From Candidatus Azotimanducaceae bacterium (GTDB lineage: Bacteria > Pseudomonadota > Gammaproteobacteria > Pseudomonadales > Azotimanducaceae): 64,000 nucleotides of DNA. Below, piece after piece: positions 36,446 to 44,337 of this stretch (the stretch's first letter is position 1; the number at the start of each line of letters is the position of its first letter). The stretch covers positions 77,559 to 141,558 of the forward strand of contig JBJKZD010000013.1 in assembly GCA_045560765.1 (NCBI GenBank), read 5' to 3'. The notes beneath the pieces are model-generated. The model had not been told where the DNA came from, searched no databases, and saw only the letters and a program-made list of their open reading frames with translations. Both the position numbers and the translations under genes were made by a program.

Positions 36446-37378
36446 TCAAGCCAAAGGTTGCGGTTCAGATTTGAAGATCGCCTTTTTCAGCACCGACTTG
36501 TAACCCTTCGCAAGGGCATGCTCATAATCAACGTAAAATCCGCGCTGTTGTAACACCGCGTGAAGCGGCTGCAAGCGATAGCAGGGCACACTGGCCATAA
36601 AGTGATGCTCACAGTGGAAGTTCACCTGATTCGGGCAAATAAAGAGCCGCTCTATCCAATTCCCTCGGGTTGTCCTGGTATGGTTTCTAGGATCAGCATC
36701 AAAGAGATTGCCGACGTTTCCATGTTCAGCGAGCTGCCTTATCCTCGCGGTTAAGGGATAGATCGTGAGATAAGCAACGACCCAAACAAGATAAAGTTCT
36801 CCCACCCCCGACCAGAACAAAACCATTGCCAACATCAAGTTGGCCGCCACTCCCTGAGCAAGCGTCGAGGGATGACCTTCACCGCGGGTCATAAGATCTC
36901 CCCCAGACCCTCGAAACAGCGCGAGCAGATTTCGAACACCGGTTTGGCCGGTCACATCTCGAAAAATTTTGCGCTGAAAACTGCCAGACGATACCGGATA
37001 GGCCTCGTAATTCGCCAGGTCAGGATCCTTAGTGCTGCCCGCCAACGCATGATGGCCACGGTGCGACAGGGCATAAGCCTCGAGTCCACTTAAGATTGGG
37101 TAGGCGCACAGCCATCTGCCTGCCAACCGATTGAAAACTGGACTGCGAAACAACGTACCATGACCTGCTTCGTGCATCAGGATCGCCAATCCCAGTTGGC
37201 GACCGCCTAAAAGCAAAAGCCCCAAGAACACGCTCAGTGGATTAGACCATTGAGCCATCCCCCAAAAAATACTCGCAATCAACAACCAATTAAAAGCGAC
37301 ATACCAAAAACCACGAAGGTCGCTCCTTGACGTAAATACTGCAATCTCTTCTGCGCTGAGCCACTGCTTCACATCCAT
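36446..37378 (-). CDS. Membrane fatty-acid desaturase family protein
   Basis: Three His boxes (HEAGHG, HRGHH, HCEHH) separated by hydrophobic spans. Confidence 0.85.
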   Translation of the reverse strand: MDVKQWLSAEEIAVFTSRSDLRGFWYVAFNWLLIASIFWGMAQWSNPLSVFLGLLLLGGRQLGLAILMHEAGHGTLFRSPVFNRLAGRWLCAYPILSGLEAYALSHRGHHALAGSTKDPDLANYEAYPVSSGSFQRKIFRDVTGQTGVRNLLALFRGSGGDLMTRGEGHPSTLAQGVAANLMLAMVLFWSGVGELYLVWVVAYLTIYPLTARIRQLAEHGNVGNLFDADPRNHTRTTRGNWIERLFICPNQVNFHCEHHFMASVPCYRLQPLHAVLQQRGFYVDYEHALAKGYKSVLKKAIFKSEPQPLA

Positions 37379-37890
37379 GACAACCTCTCCTCACCGACGG
37401 TCGGTCGACCTCACTGACCGAAGTCTCCCCATTGAGAATGCATACACTTCGACCAAACAGCAACCTCTCAATAACCGAAACCCGTTCAATCCAACAAATT
37501 TTTAGACCTTAGAGGAATCAATGCCTTTGCTTCATTCAGGAACTCAAGCATAGCCGCTGGAGGCTGTTAGAACGTGCCGAGCCCGTGATCAAGTACCTAG
37601 ATCCACCTGCACGGGCCATCGTCGAAGTCTCTCTCCAACCTTGGAAGCCGTCTGAGGTCCGAGAGCAAGACATTCAATCAGGGATCAGTTTTTTAACACT
37701 CGGTTGAGAAACTCGGCTTGGCTGTCTGTTTGCCCCCTGGAATTCAACCCAACCCCATTAGGCTGGAGATCTCAGGCGTTGGCGGCCGCAGCCCGCTTCA
37801 GTGCTGTTCTAAGCGATGCCCACCCTGCCCAAAAAACACCGACCGACCACTTTCAAGCTCATCTCATGCCCAGCGTGACTCGCCACCCAA

Positions 37891-38538
37891 TCATTCAGAA
37901 GGTCTCTTGCGCTCTAAATCCATTATCGATTCGATCTGCGGCAGATGGCCATAACCCAGATAGGCCTCCCCTTTAAACAGCAACGACGGGGCACTCAAAA
38001 TACCCTGCGCCTCAAGCTGCTGACTCAAATCAGCCAGACGACGGCGCATGAGCGTCGCTTCATCGCCTTTCAGGTCAAAGTCTGACCGCAGCCCTAACCC
38101 GTCAACCACGCGGCCAACCCCCTCGGCATCAATCCTCTGCGAGATCTTTAGTAATCCAGAAACATACGTCAAGATCTGCTCCAGCGAGGCGTTACCTAGG
38201 TACAGTTGAATCAAAATATCGTGGCTGAGAACCACCCCGGAGTCTGTCATCTCCCAACCGCTGGACCGACCTAGTCGCTCTAAATTGCGGGTATATTCCT
38301 GGCGCTGATACCGCCGCCGTGCCGCTGAACGGCGTTCCTTGTAAGCCTCGAATGCGGGCTCACCTTTTGGCACATCTGCCGCAGTGTTTAAAGGCGGCCT
38401 GATAAAGGGAAGCACCCTGACCGAAATCAAGGCTCGCTTCGGCCATTGCAGCAGACTCTGAAGGGCCACGATGGACTCAGCGTCTTCAAGGTTAATGGCG
38501 GCAAGCAGTTCGGATTCACCCAGAGAAAACGTCATCAT
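37891..38538 (-). CDS. DsbA-like thioredoxin-fold protein (divergent, no CxxC)
   Basis: The C-terminal ...ILSAPSLLFKGEAYLGYGHLPQIE resembles the FG(V/A)P..(F/L)..GE.F.G.D.L end of DsbA/HCCA-isomerase family proteins. Start at ATG 38538, which overlaps the upstream TGA (ATGA). Confidence 0.5.
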   Translation of the reverse strand: MMTFSLGESELLAAINLEDAESIVALQSLLQWPKRALISVRVLPFIRPPLNTAADVPKGEPAFEAYKERRSAARRRYQRQEYTRNLERLGRSSGWEMTDSGVVLSHDILIQLYLGNASLEQILTYVSGLLKISQRIDAEGVGRVVDGLGLRSDFDLKGDEATLMRRRLADLSQQLEAQGILSAPSLLFKGEAYLGYGHLPQIESIMDLERKRPSE

Positions 38539-39206
38539 AGCGCGCTGACCTGCAACCAAGGGAACCGTAACAAAGGCATAGGACCCTGGCTGCCTTTCAA
38601 TCGCCAAAGCACCGTATCCAAGTGCTCTCGTCCAAAGAATATTTCATCTCGAATTAAAAAGGACGGCACTCCAAAAACCCCTTGATCGAGCAGGCGGCTC
38701 TGCAGTTGATCGTGGCGCTCTCGGCCCTGTCCCTCCAGATAGTCTAAAAACCCTGCAGTTTTAATATTGGCGGCTTTTAAATGTTTAACGAGTTCTTTGG
38801 CGTCCTCAAGATCGCAGGCCCGTTGCCAAAACTGGGTAAACACCGTATCCATAAACCGCTTCAAATCGACTCGGTCATCAGCTTTTTCCTGGGCCCACAT
38901 CAGGCTAATTCCTGCCAGAGAGGAATCCCATATCTTAAGCGGCCCACGAAGCACTCGCTGCTGATTCGCCGCGTACCGCCGGGCGTCACGATAGGCGGAT
39001 TTGACAACGGTCCATTGTTTTTCAGATCGATTGGTTGCGACCACGGCACCTTGATTGCTCTTCTCAGCGGTGCCTAAAAAGCTGCCAATATTTAAAGTCA
39101 AAGGTTGCCAGTCGATTACAAATCCGTGTTGCGTTTCGAGCTCCCATATCAAAGCGTGCGCAACGAAGGCATAAGGGCTCTTAAAATCAATACAGACCGA
39201 AAGCAA
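38535..39206 (-). CDS. 2-hydroxychromene-2-carboxylate isomerase / DsbA-like (kappa-GST type) protein
   Basis: N-terminal IDFKSPYAFVA and C-terminal GVFGVPSFLIRDEIFFGREHLD are typical of the HCCA isomerase family. Confidence 0.72.
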   Translation of the reverse strand: MLSVCIDFKSPYAFVAHALIWELETQHGFVIDWQPLTLNIGSFLGTAEKSNQGAVVATNRSEKQWTVVKSAYRDARRYAANQQRVLRGPLKIWDSSLAGISLMWAQEKADDRVDLKRFMDTVFTQFWQRACDLEDAKELVKHLKAANIKTAGFLDYLEGQGRERHDQLQSRLLDQGVFGVPSFLIRDEIFFGREHLDTVLWRLKGSQGPMPLLRFPWLQVSAL

Positions 39207-39280
39207 ATCGACTCCCTAGGGCACTTTGTGACCCAAACCATTCCGAAATCGAGCAGATTTCAGAGAAACTCAGTTAAAAT

Positions 39281-40282
39281 ATGGACATGGATCCTCTCTC
39301 ACAAGCTGTGGTCGGCGCAGTCGTTGCTGGCTGCGTTGCAAAACCCCAAACTATAAAACCTGCTCTGATGCTCGGCGCGATTGCGGGCATGGCTCCAGAC
39401 CTGGACGTCTTCATTAGAGACCCTCAGGATCCACTACTGTTTTTAGAGTACCACAGGCAATTTACCCACGCGCTCGTCTTTATCCCAGTGGGTGCCGCCC
39501 TCGTCACTTTATTGGTCTGGCCGCTTTTTCGACGTCATCTCAGCGGCGCCTCAATCTACCGATTTTGTTTCGCAGGATATCTTACCCATGGTCTGCTCGA
39601 CGCCTGCACAACCTACGGCACGCAGCTGCTCTGGCCATTTTCAACCACCCGAGTGGCGTGGGATATCATCTCAATCGTCGATCCGCTGTTTACCCTCACG
39701 CTGATCAGCTGTGCGGTGCTCTCTTTGAAAAAGCCGGACGGTCGCTGGGCGCTCCTTGGCCTGATCTGGATGGGATGTTATCTGGGCTTTGGCGAGTGGC
39801 AACGCCAGCGGGTGACCCAGGCCGCTTTCGCGCTCGCCGCCGAGCGAGGCCATGATCCCATTCGCCTCGAAGCCAAACCGGGATTTGCGCAACTGCTTGT
39901 TTGGAAGTCAGTCTACGAATGGGAGGAACAATTCTTTGTGGATGGCGTTAGAGCCGGTTTCTCAACAACAACCTACCCAGGGGATTACATTGGCAAAATT
40001 GGGCGGAAATGGGCCGAGGCGCACCTCCCTGCGAACAGCCAGATCCTCAAAGATTTTGAGCGCTTTCGATGGTTTTCAGGTGACTACCTCGCACTGTCAC
40101 CTGGCTCAGACCGTGTTGTAATGGACGTTCGCTATTCTATGAATGTGAATGAAATCGCACCTCTGTGGAGTATCAAACTGGACGCGCGCAAACCCAATGA
40201 GCACGTGGTCTACCAAACCCATCGCACGGTCACAACGGATACCTGGGATCAATTTACCAACATGCTATTTGGCAGGGATTAG
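39281..40282 (+). CDS. Membrane-bound metal-dependent hydrolase (DUF457 / YdjM-YbcI-like) with C-terminal extension
   Basis: MDPLSQAVVG...GMAPDLDVFI...HRQFTHALVF...THGLLDACT motifs and TM segments in the first ~180 aa, then a soluble C-terminal domain of about 150 aa. Confidence 0.65.
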   Translation: MDMDPLSQAVVGAVVAGCVAKPQTIKPALMLGAIAGMAPDLDVFIRDPQDPLLFLEYHRQFTHALVFIPVGAALVTLLVWPLFRRHLSGASIYRFCFAGYLTHGLLDACTTYGTQLLWPFSTTRVAWDIISIVDPLFTLTLISCAVLSLKKPDGRWALLGLIWMGCYLGFGEWQRQRVTQAAFALAAERGHDPIRLEAKPGFAQLLVWKSVYEWEEQFFVDGVRAGFSTTTYPGDYIGKIGRKWAEAHLPANSQILKDFERFRWFSGDYLALSPGSDRVVMDVRYSMNVNEIAPLWSIKLDARKPNEHVVYQTHRTVTTDTWDQFTNMLFGRD

Positions 40283-40345
40283 CCTTTCACGCCGGCGCGG
40301 GGGTCGGTACACTCAGACTATTCCTAATAACGTCGGTAGACCGCC

Positions 40346-41155
40346 ATGACCTATGAAACCATCCTCTGTGAACTTCGCAACGGCATCATGTTAATCACGC
40401 TCAATCGGCCCGAGCGCCTTAACGCTTGGACTTACCAAATGGGCAGAGAGCTTCACCATGCCATCGAGGCCGGCAATCAAGACGAGGCAGTCCTGGCGAT
40501 GGTGTTGACCGGAAGCGGTCGAGGTTTCTGCGCCGGCGCTGATATTGTTGATCTCTTTAAAGCCCAATCCGAGGGTGATCGCAACGAAGCTACTGAGACA
40601 GAACGACCCGGAAATTGGGTCGAACTCGTCCGGGGATCAAAGCCCATGGTCGCAGCGGTCAATGGCGCTGCCATCGGCGTTGGCCTCACCCAGATCCTTC
40701 CTTTCGATTACATCATCGGTGGGCCAACAGCAAAGTTCAGTGCCCGATTCATTAAAATGGGCCTCGTGCCAGAACTCGCAAGCTCCTATTTTATTGCGGC
40801 ACGAACAGGCTTTGGGCAGGCCAACCGCTTGATGCTGACCGGAGAGACCATCGACAGTCACCGTGCACTGCAAATCGGTCTCATTGATGAATCCGTTGAA
40901 ACAGAGGCAGAACTTGTTGAACGCGGGCTGGAACTTGCCCAGTTAATGGGCGATAACCCACAGAAGGCACTGAGGATGGTCAAGTCGCTCGTGACTCAAA
41001 ACCTTGCCGAAACAGACCTCAAAAAAATTCAGCACAGAGAGCTTACTGCACTCCATGCTTGCTATGAGAGCCCGGAACATAAAGAAGCCATTGACGCCTT
41101 CATCAACAAGCGTGCGCCCGACTTTAAAGCCGCAAGATCCGGCGGACCAGGCTAA
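40346..41155 (+). CDS. Enoyl-CoA hydratase/isomerase family protein
   Basis: ITLNRPERLNAW, GSGRGFCAGADI, VAAVNGAAIGVGLT crotonase motifs. Confidence 0.88.
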   Translation: MTYETILCELRNGIMLITLNRPERLNAWTYQMGRELHHAIEAGNQDEAVLAMVLTGSGRGFCAGADIVDLFKAQSEGDRNEATETERPGNWVELVRGSKPMVAAVNGAAIGVGLTQILPFDYIIGGPTAKFSARFIKMGLVPELASSYFIAARTGFGQANRLMLTGETIDSHRALQIGLIDESVETEAELVERGLELAQLMGDNPQKALRMVKSLVTQNLAETDLKKIQHRELTALHACYESPEHKEAIDAFINKRAPDFKAARSGGPG

Positions 41156-41378
41156 GCAATGATTGCAGCGAGCCGCTTTAAATCAGACAGCTGACTTTCA
41201 ACATGGCTGTGCAACATGACTGCCGTTTCGACCGTAAACCGGTCTCCCATCCAGGATTTGGCCGTGTGCCGGTTCTCGGCAGCGCATTTCCCTAGTTTTA
41301 ACATGAGATGAGAGCCCTTTCTAACAAGGGGTGATGGCCCTGCTGATACAGAGCGCCACCGTTTTTAACAAAGAGAAT

Positions 41379-41438
41379 TAGCACGCTAACCATAGCGCTG
41401 CTAACAATAGCGCTGCTAACAATAACGTTCCTAACAAA
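41379..41438. repeat. Imperfect tandem repeat, 15-bp period, 4 units (AGCGCTGCTAACAAT)
   Basis: The units read TAGCACGCTAACCAT / AGCGCTGCTAACAAT / AGCGCTGCTAACAAT / AACGTTCCTAACAAA. Two further (C/T)TAACAA copies occur at about 41323 and 41364. Confidence 0.9.
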
Positions 41439-41563
41439 GGGTCATCAGATCGATGAACGTCAGGCACTAGGCGTTATTGAATGATCAGCGAATGCTGCAA
41501 AGACAAGATGAGTCCGCCTCTAGGAATCTCCATCTCGGGCTAGGTCGGATAAAACTTGAGCAC

Positions 41564-41621
41564 GCAGAGCAACGGCTGATTCCAAACAACGACGTTCTAG
41601 CCGCCTAAGCCGTTGCTCCGC
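41564..41621 (-). terminator. Long stem-loop 12 nt downstream of the 41633-41962 gene (candidate terminator/processing hairpin)
   Basis: GCAGAGCAACGGCT (41564-41577) pairs with AGCCGTTGCTCCGC (41608-41621) at 13 of 14 positions, with a 30-nt loop. Only a weak T-tract follows on the minus strand. Confidence 0.35.
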
Positions 41622-41632
41622 ATGCCGCCGGC

Positions 41633-41962
41633 TTAATCAGCCCCCTTCACTTGGGCAATCATCAATAATACGAAGTTGGCGATGACCATTCCGGCAACCG
41701 AAACCATAATGTTGTCGATCATTAGGTTAAGCGGCGCACCCACCATAGGGATTGCATCTAAGCTATTGGCAATGGTGGGAATCGCCACCGCTGCGACGGT
41801 GTAGGCCATCCTTGCCATCATGTCTCCCAACGGATTCATGAACCCATTGATCAACCCAATAGCCACCAATGTCAGCGCCCAATAGGGCATCACATCGGGC
41901 AGTACCGTTGCTGCTAACGCGATAACAACCGATAAAATCACTAAGATTTGATTTGAACTCAT
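41633..41962 (-). CDS. Small hypothetical integral membrane protein (about 3-4 TM)
   Basis: A 109-aa ORF that is strongly hydrophobic throughout (ILVILSVVIALAATVL..., VAGMVIANFVLLMIA). I recognise no family. Confidence 0.5.
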   Translation of the reverse strand: MSSNQILVILSVVIALAATVLPDVMPYWALTLVAIGLINGFMNPLGDMMARMAYTVAAVAIPTIANSLDAIPMVGAPLNLMIDNIMVSVAGMVIANFVLLMIAQVKGAD

Positions 41963-42162
41963 AGCATTTCCTTTATTTTTATTATTAAGAAACTAAGGGA
42001 CCGCATCATTAACTTAACAGAGGCAGTTAAAAAGCAGAAACACTATAGCGCTACCGTCACTCGCAGCCTTGCCCTATTGATTGAATCTCTCGTCGGCATC
42101 CGCAAATTCTGAGCAAGGAGCGCCGCAAGCCAGAGCCCGGGGTTTTTCTTTAGGCTGCGCTC

Positions 42163-42182
42163 GCCCGAGGGCCGGGCTTTTT
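42163..42182 (+). terminator. Orphan rho-independent terminator-like hairpin on the plus strand
   Basis: GCCCG-AGGGC-CGGGC-TTTTT. An alternative longer pairing joins AGCCCGG (42134-42140) with CCGGGCT (42172-42178). No annotated plus-strand gene ends here. Confidence 0.35.
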
Positions 42183-42368
42183 GACAAAGCATTCATTAAG
42201 ACCCCAGTCGATGCTGTTCAGTTGGCGGACCGCGCCATCTAGCAATTTTTGGATCAAGCAGGCCGTCGTTAGAATCTCAAATCCGCCTAGCAAAAAGCTC
42301 GTGGAATCAATCCTTTTGCTGCAGGATAAAAGTAAAGGCTGTAATGTCTTATCAACACGAAAGGGATA

Positions 42369-43535
42369 ATGATCATGAAGCACTTCAAACTCACTTGTCA
42401 TCAATTCGTCATTTGCAGCCTCGCGACGCTGATTGGGTGTACCCCAGACGAACCCGAGCGCGGACTCGGTACCGAGACCGAGACCGAGACCGAAATTTTA
42501 GTCGAAGCACCAACAGACGGCCCGATAAACCCTAACGGCGTCGACTGCAGCGCGGCCTCTGGGATAACGCCGGTCTGCGGGTTTAAAAACCCGGAAGACC
42601 TGAGACACATCCCCGGCACATCCTTATTGCTGGTCAGTGAAATGGGCGAATTCATGCTCGATACTCCAGGTCACCTTCGTCTTTTTGATATCGACACTCA
42701 AGCCAGACAACCCTTGGACATTGATTGGACCCGCACCGAGCCCCGTTGGGGAGACCCAGCGTGCCCAGCACCAGATGTTCAAAAATTTAGCCCACACGGT
42801 ATTGATCTTGTCGCCCTTGACGATGAAACCCTGAAACTTTTAGTGGTTAACCACGGCGGACGAGAATCCATTGAGTTTTTTGAAGTCACCACCGGTGCTG
42901 CTGGTTCAGCCTTGATCTGGCAAGGATGCGCATTACCCCCGGGGGACCCTTTCATCAATGACGTTGTTGGATTAAAACAAGGCGGATTTTTTGTGACCCA
43001 GATGTGGAACAAATCTACGCCATTCGAGGACGTTGCCGCGCAGCTTTTACGCGGAGAGGCAACCGGCTGGGTCTGGGAGTGGCAGCCAGAGCAGGGCTTC
43101 TCTGTCCTACCGGACAGCAAGGAATTAATGCCTAACGGAATTGCCATCAGCGCCGACGAGCAAACCCTGTTTATCAACATCTACATGGGTCATCGCCTGA
43201 TCAAATATGACCGCAGCGAGAGCGCCGTCATCGGTAGCGTTTCGGTCAGACAACCGGATAACGTAACAAGAGACAACGATGGCATGCTTTGGGTGGCCTC
43301 TCACCAGCAAGATCCGATCGCGGACACATGCACCATGGAGGTCGGGCCATGCTTGCTGCCTTTTGAGGTCGTTCGAATCGATCCCGAGACCCTGGAACGT
43401 GAAACGCTTCTCAGCCACGTCGGCCAGCCCATGGGCTATTCGACGGTCGCGCTCAAAGTTGAGAATACGGTTTATCTCGGCACAGCCCACGGAGATCGCA
43501 TCGCTCACTTTGCGCTTGAGGGGAAATCCCTCTAG
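42369..43535 (+). CDS. Lipoprotein with SMP-30/gluconolactonase/paraoxonase-like six-bladed beta-propeller
   Basis: Lipobox LATLIGC, then a flexible TETETE linker encoded by (ACCGAG)3ACCGAA at 42471-42494. Propeller-type motifs PNGIAISADEQTLFI and DNDGMLWVA. Confidence 0.55.
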   Translation: MIMKHFKLTCHQFVICSLATLIGCTPDEPERGLGTETETETEILVEAPTDGPINPNGVDCSAASGITPVCGFKNPEDLRHIPGTSLLLVSEMGEFMLDTPGHLRLFDIDTQARQPLDIDWTRTEPRWGDPACPAPDVQKFSPHGIDLVALDDETLKLLVVNHGGRESIEFFEVTTGAAGSALIWQGCALPPGDPFINDVVGLKQGGFFVTQMWNKSTPFEDVAAQLLRGEATGWVWEWQPEQGFSVLPDSKELMPNGIAISADEQTLFINIYMGHRLIKYDRSESAVIGSVSVRQPDNVTRDNDGMLWVASHQQDPIADTCTMEVGPCLLPFEVVRIDPETLERETLLSHVGQPMGYSTVALKVENTVYLGTAHGDRIAHFALEGKSL

Positions 43536-43615
43536 GCCTCGCTGACAGAATCCTGCCTGCCCCGAGAGCTGCTTGCAGACAAGGTCCTGTTTCAGGATAG
43601 AGATCCCTTGACAGC

Positions 43616-44116
43616 TTAATCGCTCAATGGCTCGCCGTTGAGCGAGGTTCGATGACGCACTTCGTGGGGCGCTCGAATAACATCCATTAAAAAGCACATT
43701 TGCTCCGCCAGTGCCACGAGCGCTTCAATCTCGGCCTTCGGAGCAGAAGAGTCAATATGGAGCTCCGTCTCAACGTCTAACAGCCGACTCTGGATAGTAC
43801 CCGCACGAATCGAACCCGTTTGTTCAAAACGAGGGAACACCTTCATTGACGCGTCATTGAGCACAATCTTCTTCGCCTCGCTCGACCGAGCAAGCTGGGT
43901 GAGCATTCAAAATGCAATCGATGCGGCAAAGTATGCAAGCGGCGGCGGCGCACTGTTGGCACCCCCAAGACTCGTGCCCTCGTCACAGAGCATTTCAAAA
44001 TGGTCAAACAGCGCCATTTTAACCTGGCCTTCCCCTTTGACTGCTCGAACTTCAAACCCCAACTCAAAGCCCCCTGTAACGGGTGTTATTTGAAAAGGTG
44101 ATGTTTCGTTGGCCAT
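43616..44116 (-). CDS. OsmC/Ohr-family peroxiredoxin-like protein with in-frame UGA (43909-43907) at the conserved Cys position; candidate selenoprotein
   Basis: Track ORFs 43907-44116 and 43616-43906 are contiguous and in the same frame, separated only by TGA. Joined, they read ...GGANSAPPPLAYFAASIAF-U-MLTQLARSS...LAEQMCFLMDVIRAP..., a single OsmC domain. A SECIS-like hairpin follows the TGA. Confidence 0.65.
43877..43894 (-). promoter_or_regulatory. Candidate bacterial SECIS stem-loop
   Basis: The mRNA reads UGA AUG CUC ACC CAG CUUGCUC-GGUC-GAGCGAG. The stem is 7 bp (one G-U pair), and the GGUC loop sits at +23 to +26 from the U of UGA. Confidence 0.5.
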
Positions 44117-44337
44117 TCTCTGACTCTCTCTGAATGAATTGGCTATCAGTCTACAGGACTGATGGCGGGGGACCAGCGCAAGATCAATCCTCTTCCCTCT
44201 TCCCTCTTCAATTCACCCGCAGTAATCGCTCATTCACAGATCCACGGGAATCGGGCCGCTGAAATCCTTGCAGCGGATTGGGGTTGGCCCTTTATTCACC
44301 CATGCTATAGTTTCAATCTTTTAAGAATGTGTAAGTC

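Noticed and set aside
42150-42404. 84-aa minus-strand ORF in the divergent region upstream of the lipoprotein gene
   Set aside because: It would overlap the divergent gene's start by 36 nt. Its C-terminus (KKPGPRASAA) is encoded by a GC-rich terminator-like hairpin, and there is no family resemblance. It is kept only as context for the orphan-terminator finding.
43907-43909. Global reassignment of TGA (for example to Trp or Gly) as the explanation for the in-frame TGA
   Set aside because: Many well-supported genes in the window terminate at TGA at the family-expected length (for example the CitE-like gene at 6509-6511, the PnuC-family gene at 15051-15053 and the HCCA-isomerase-like gene at 38535-38537). 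TGA is therefore a normal stop here.
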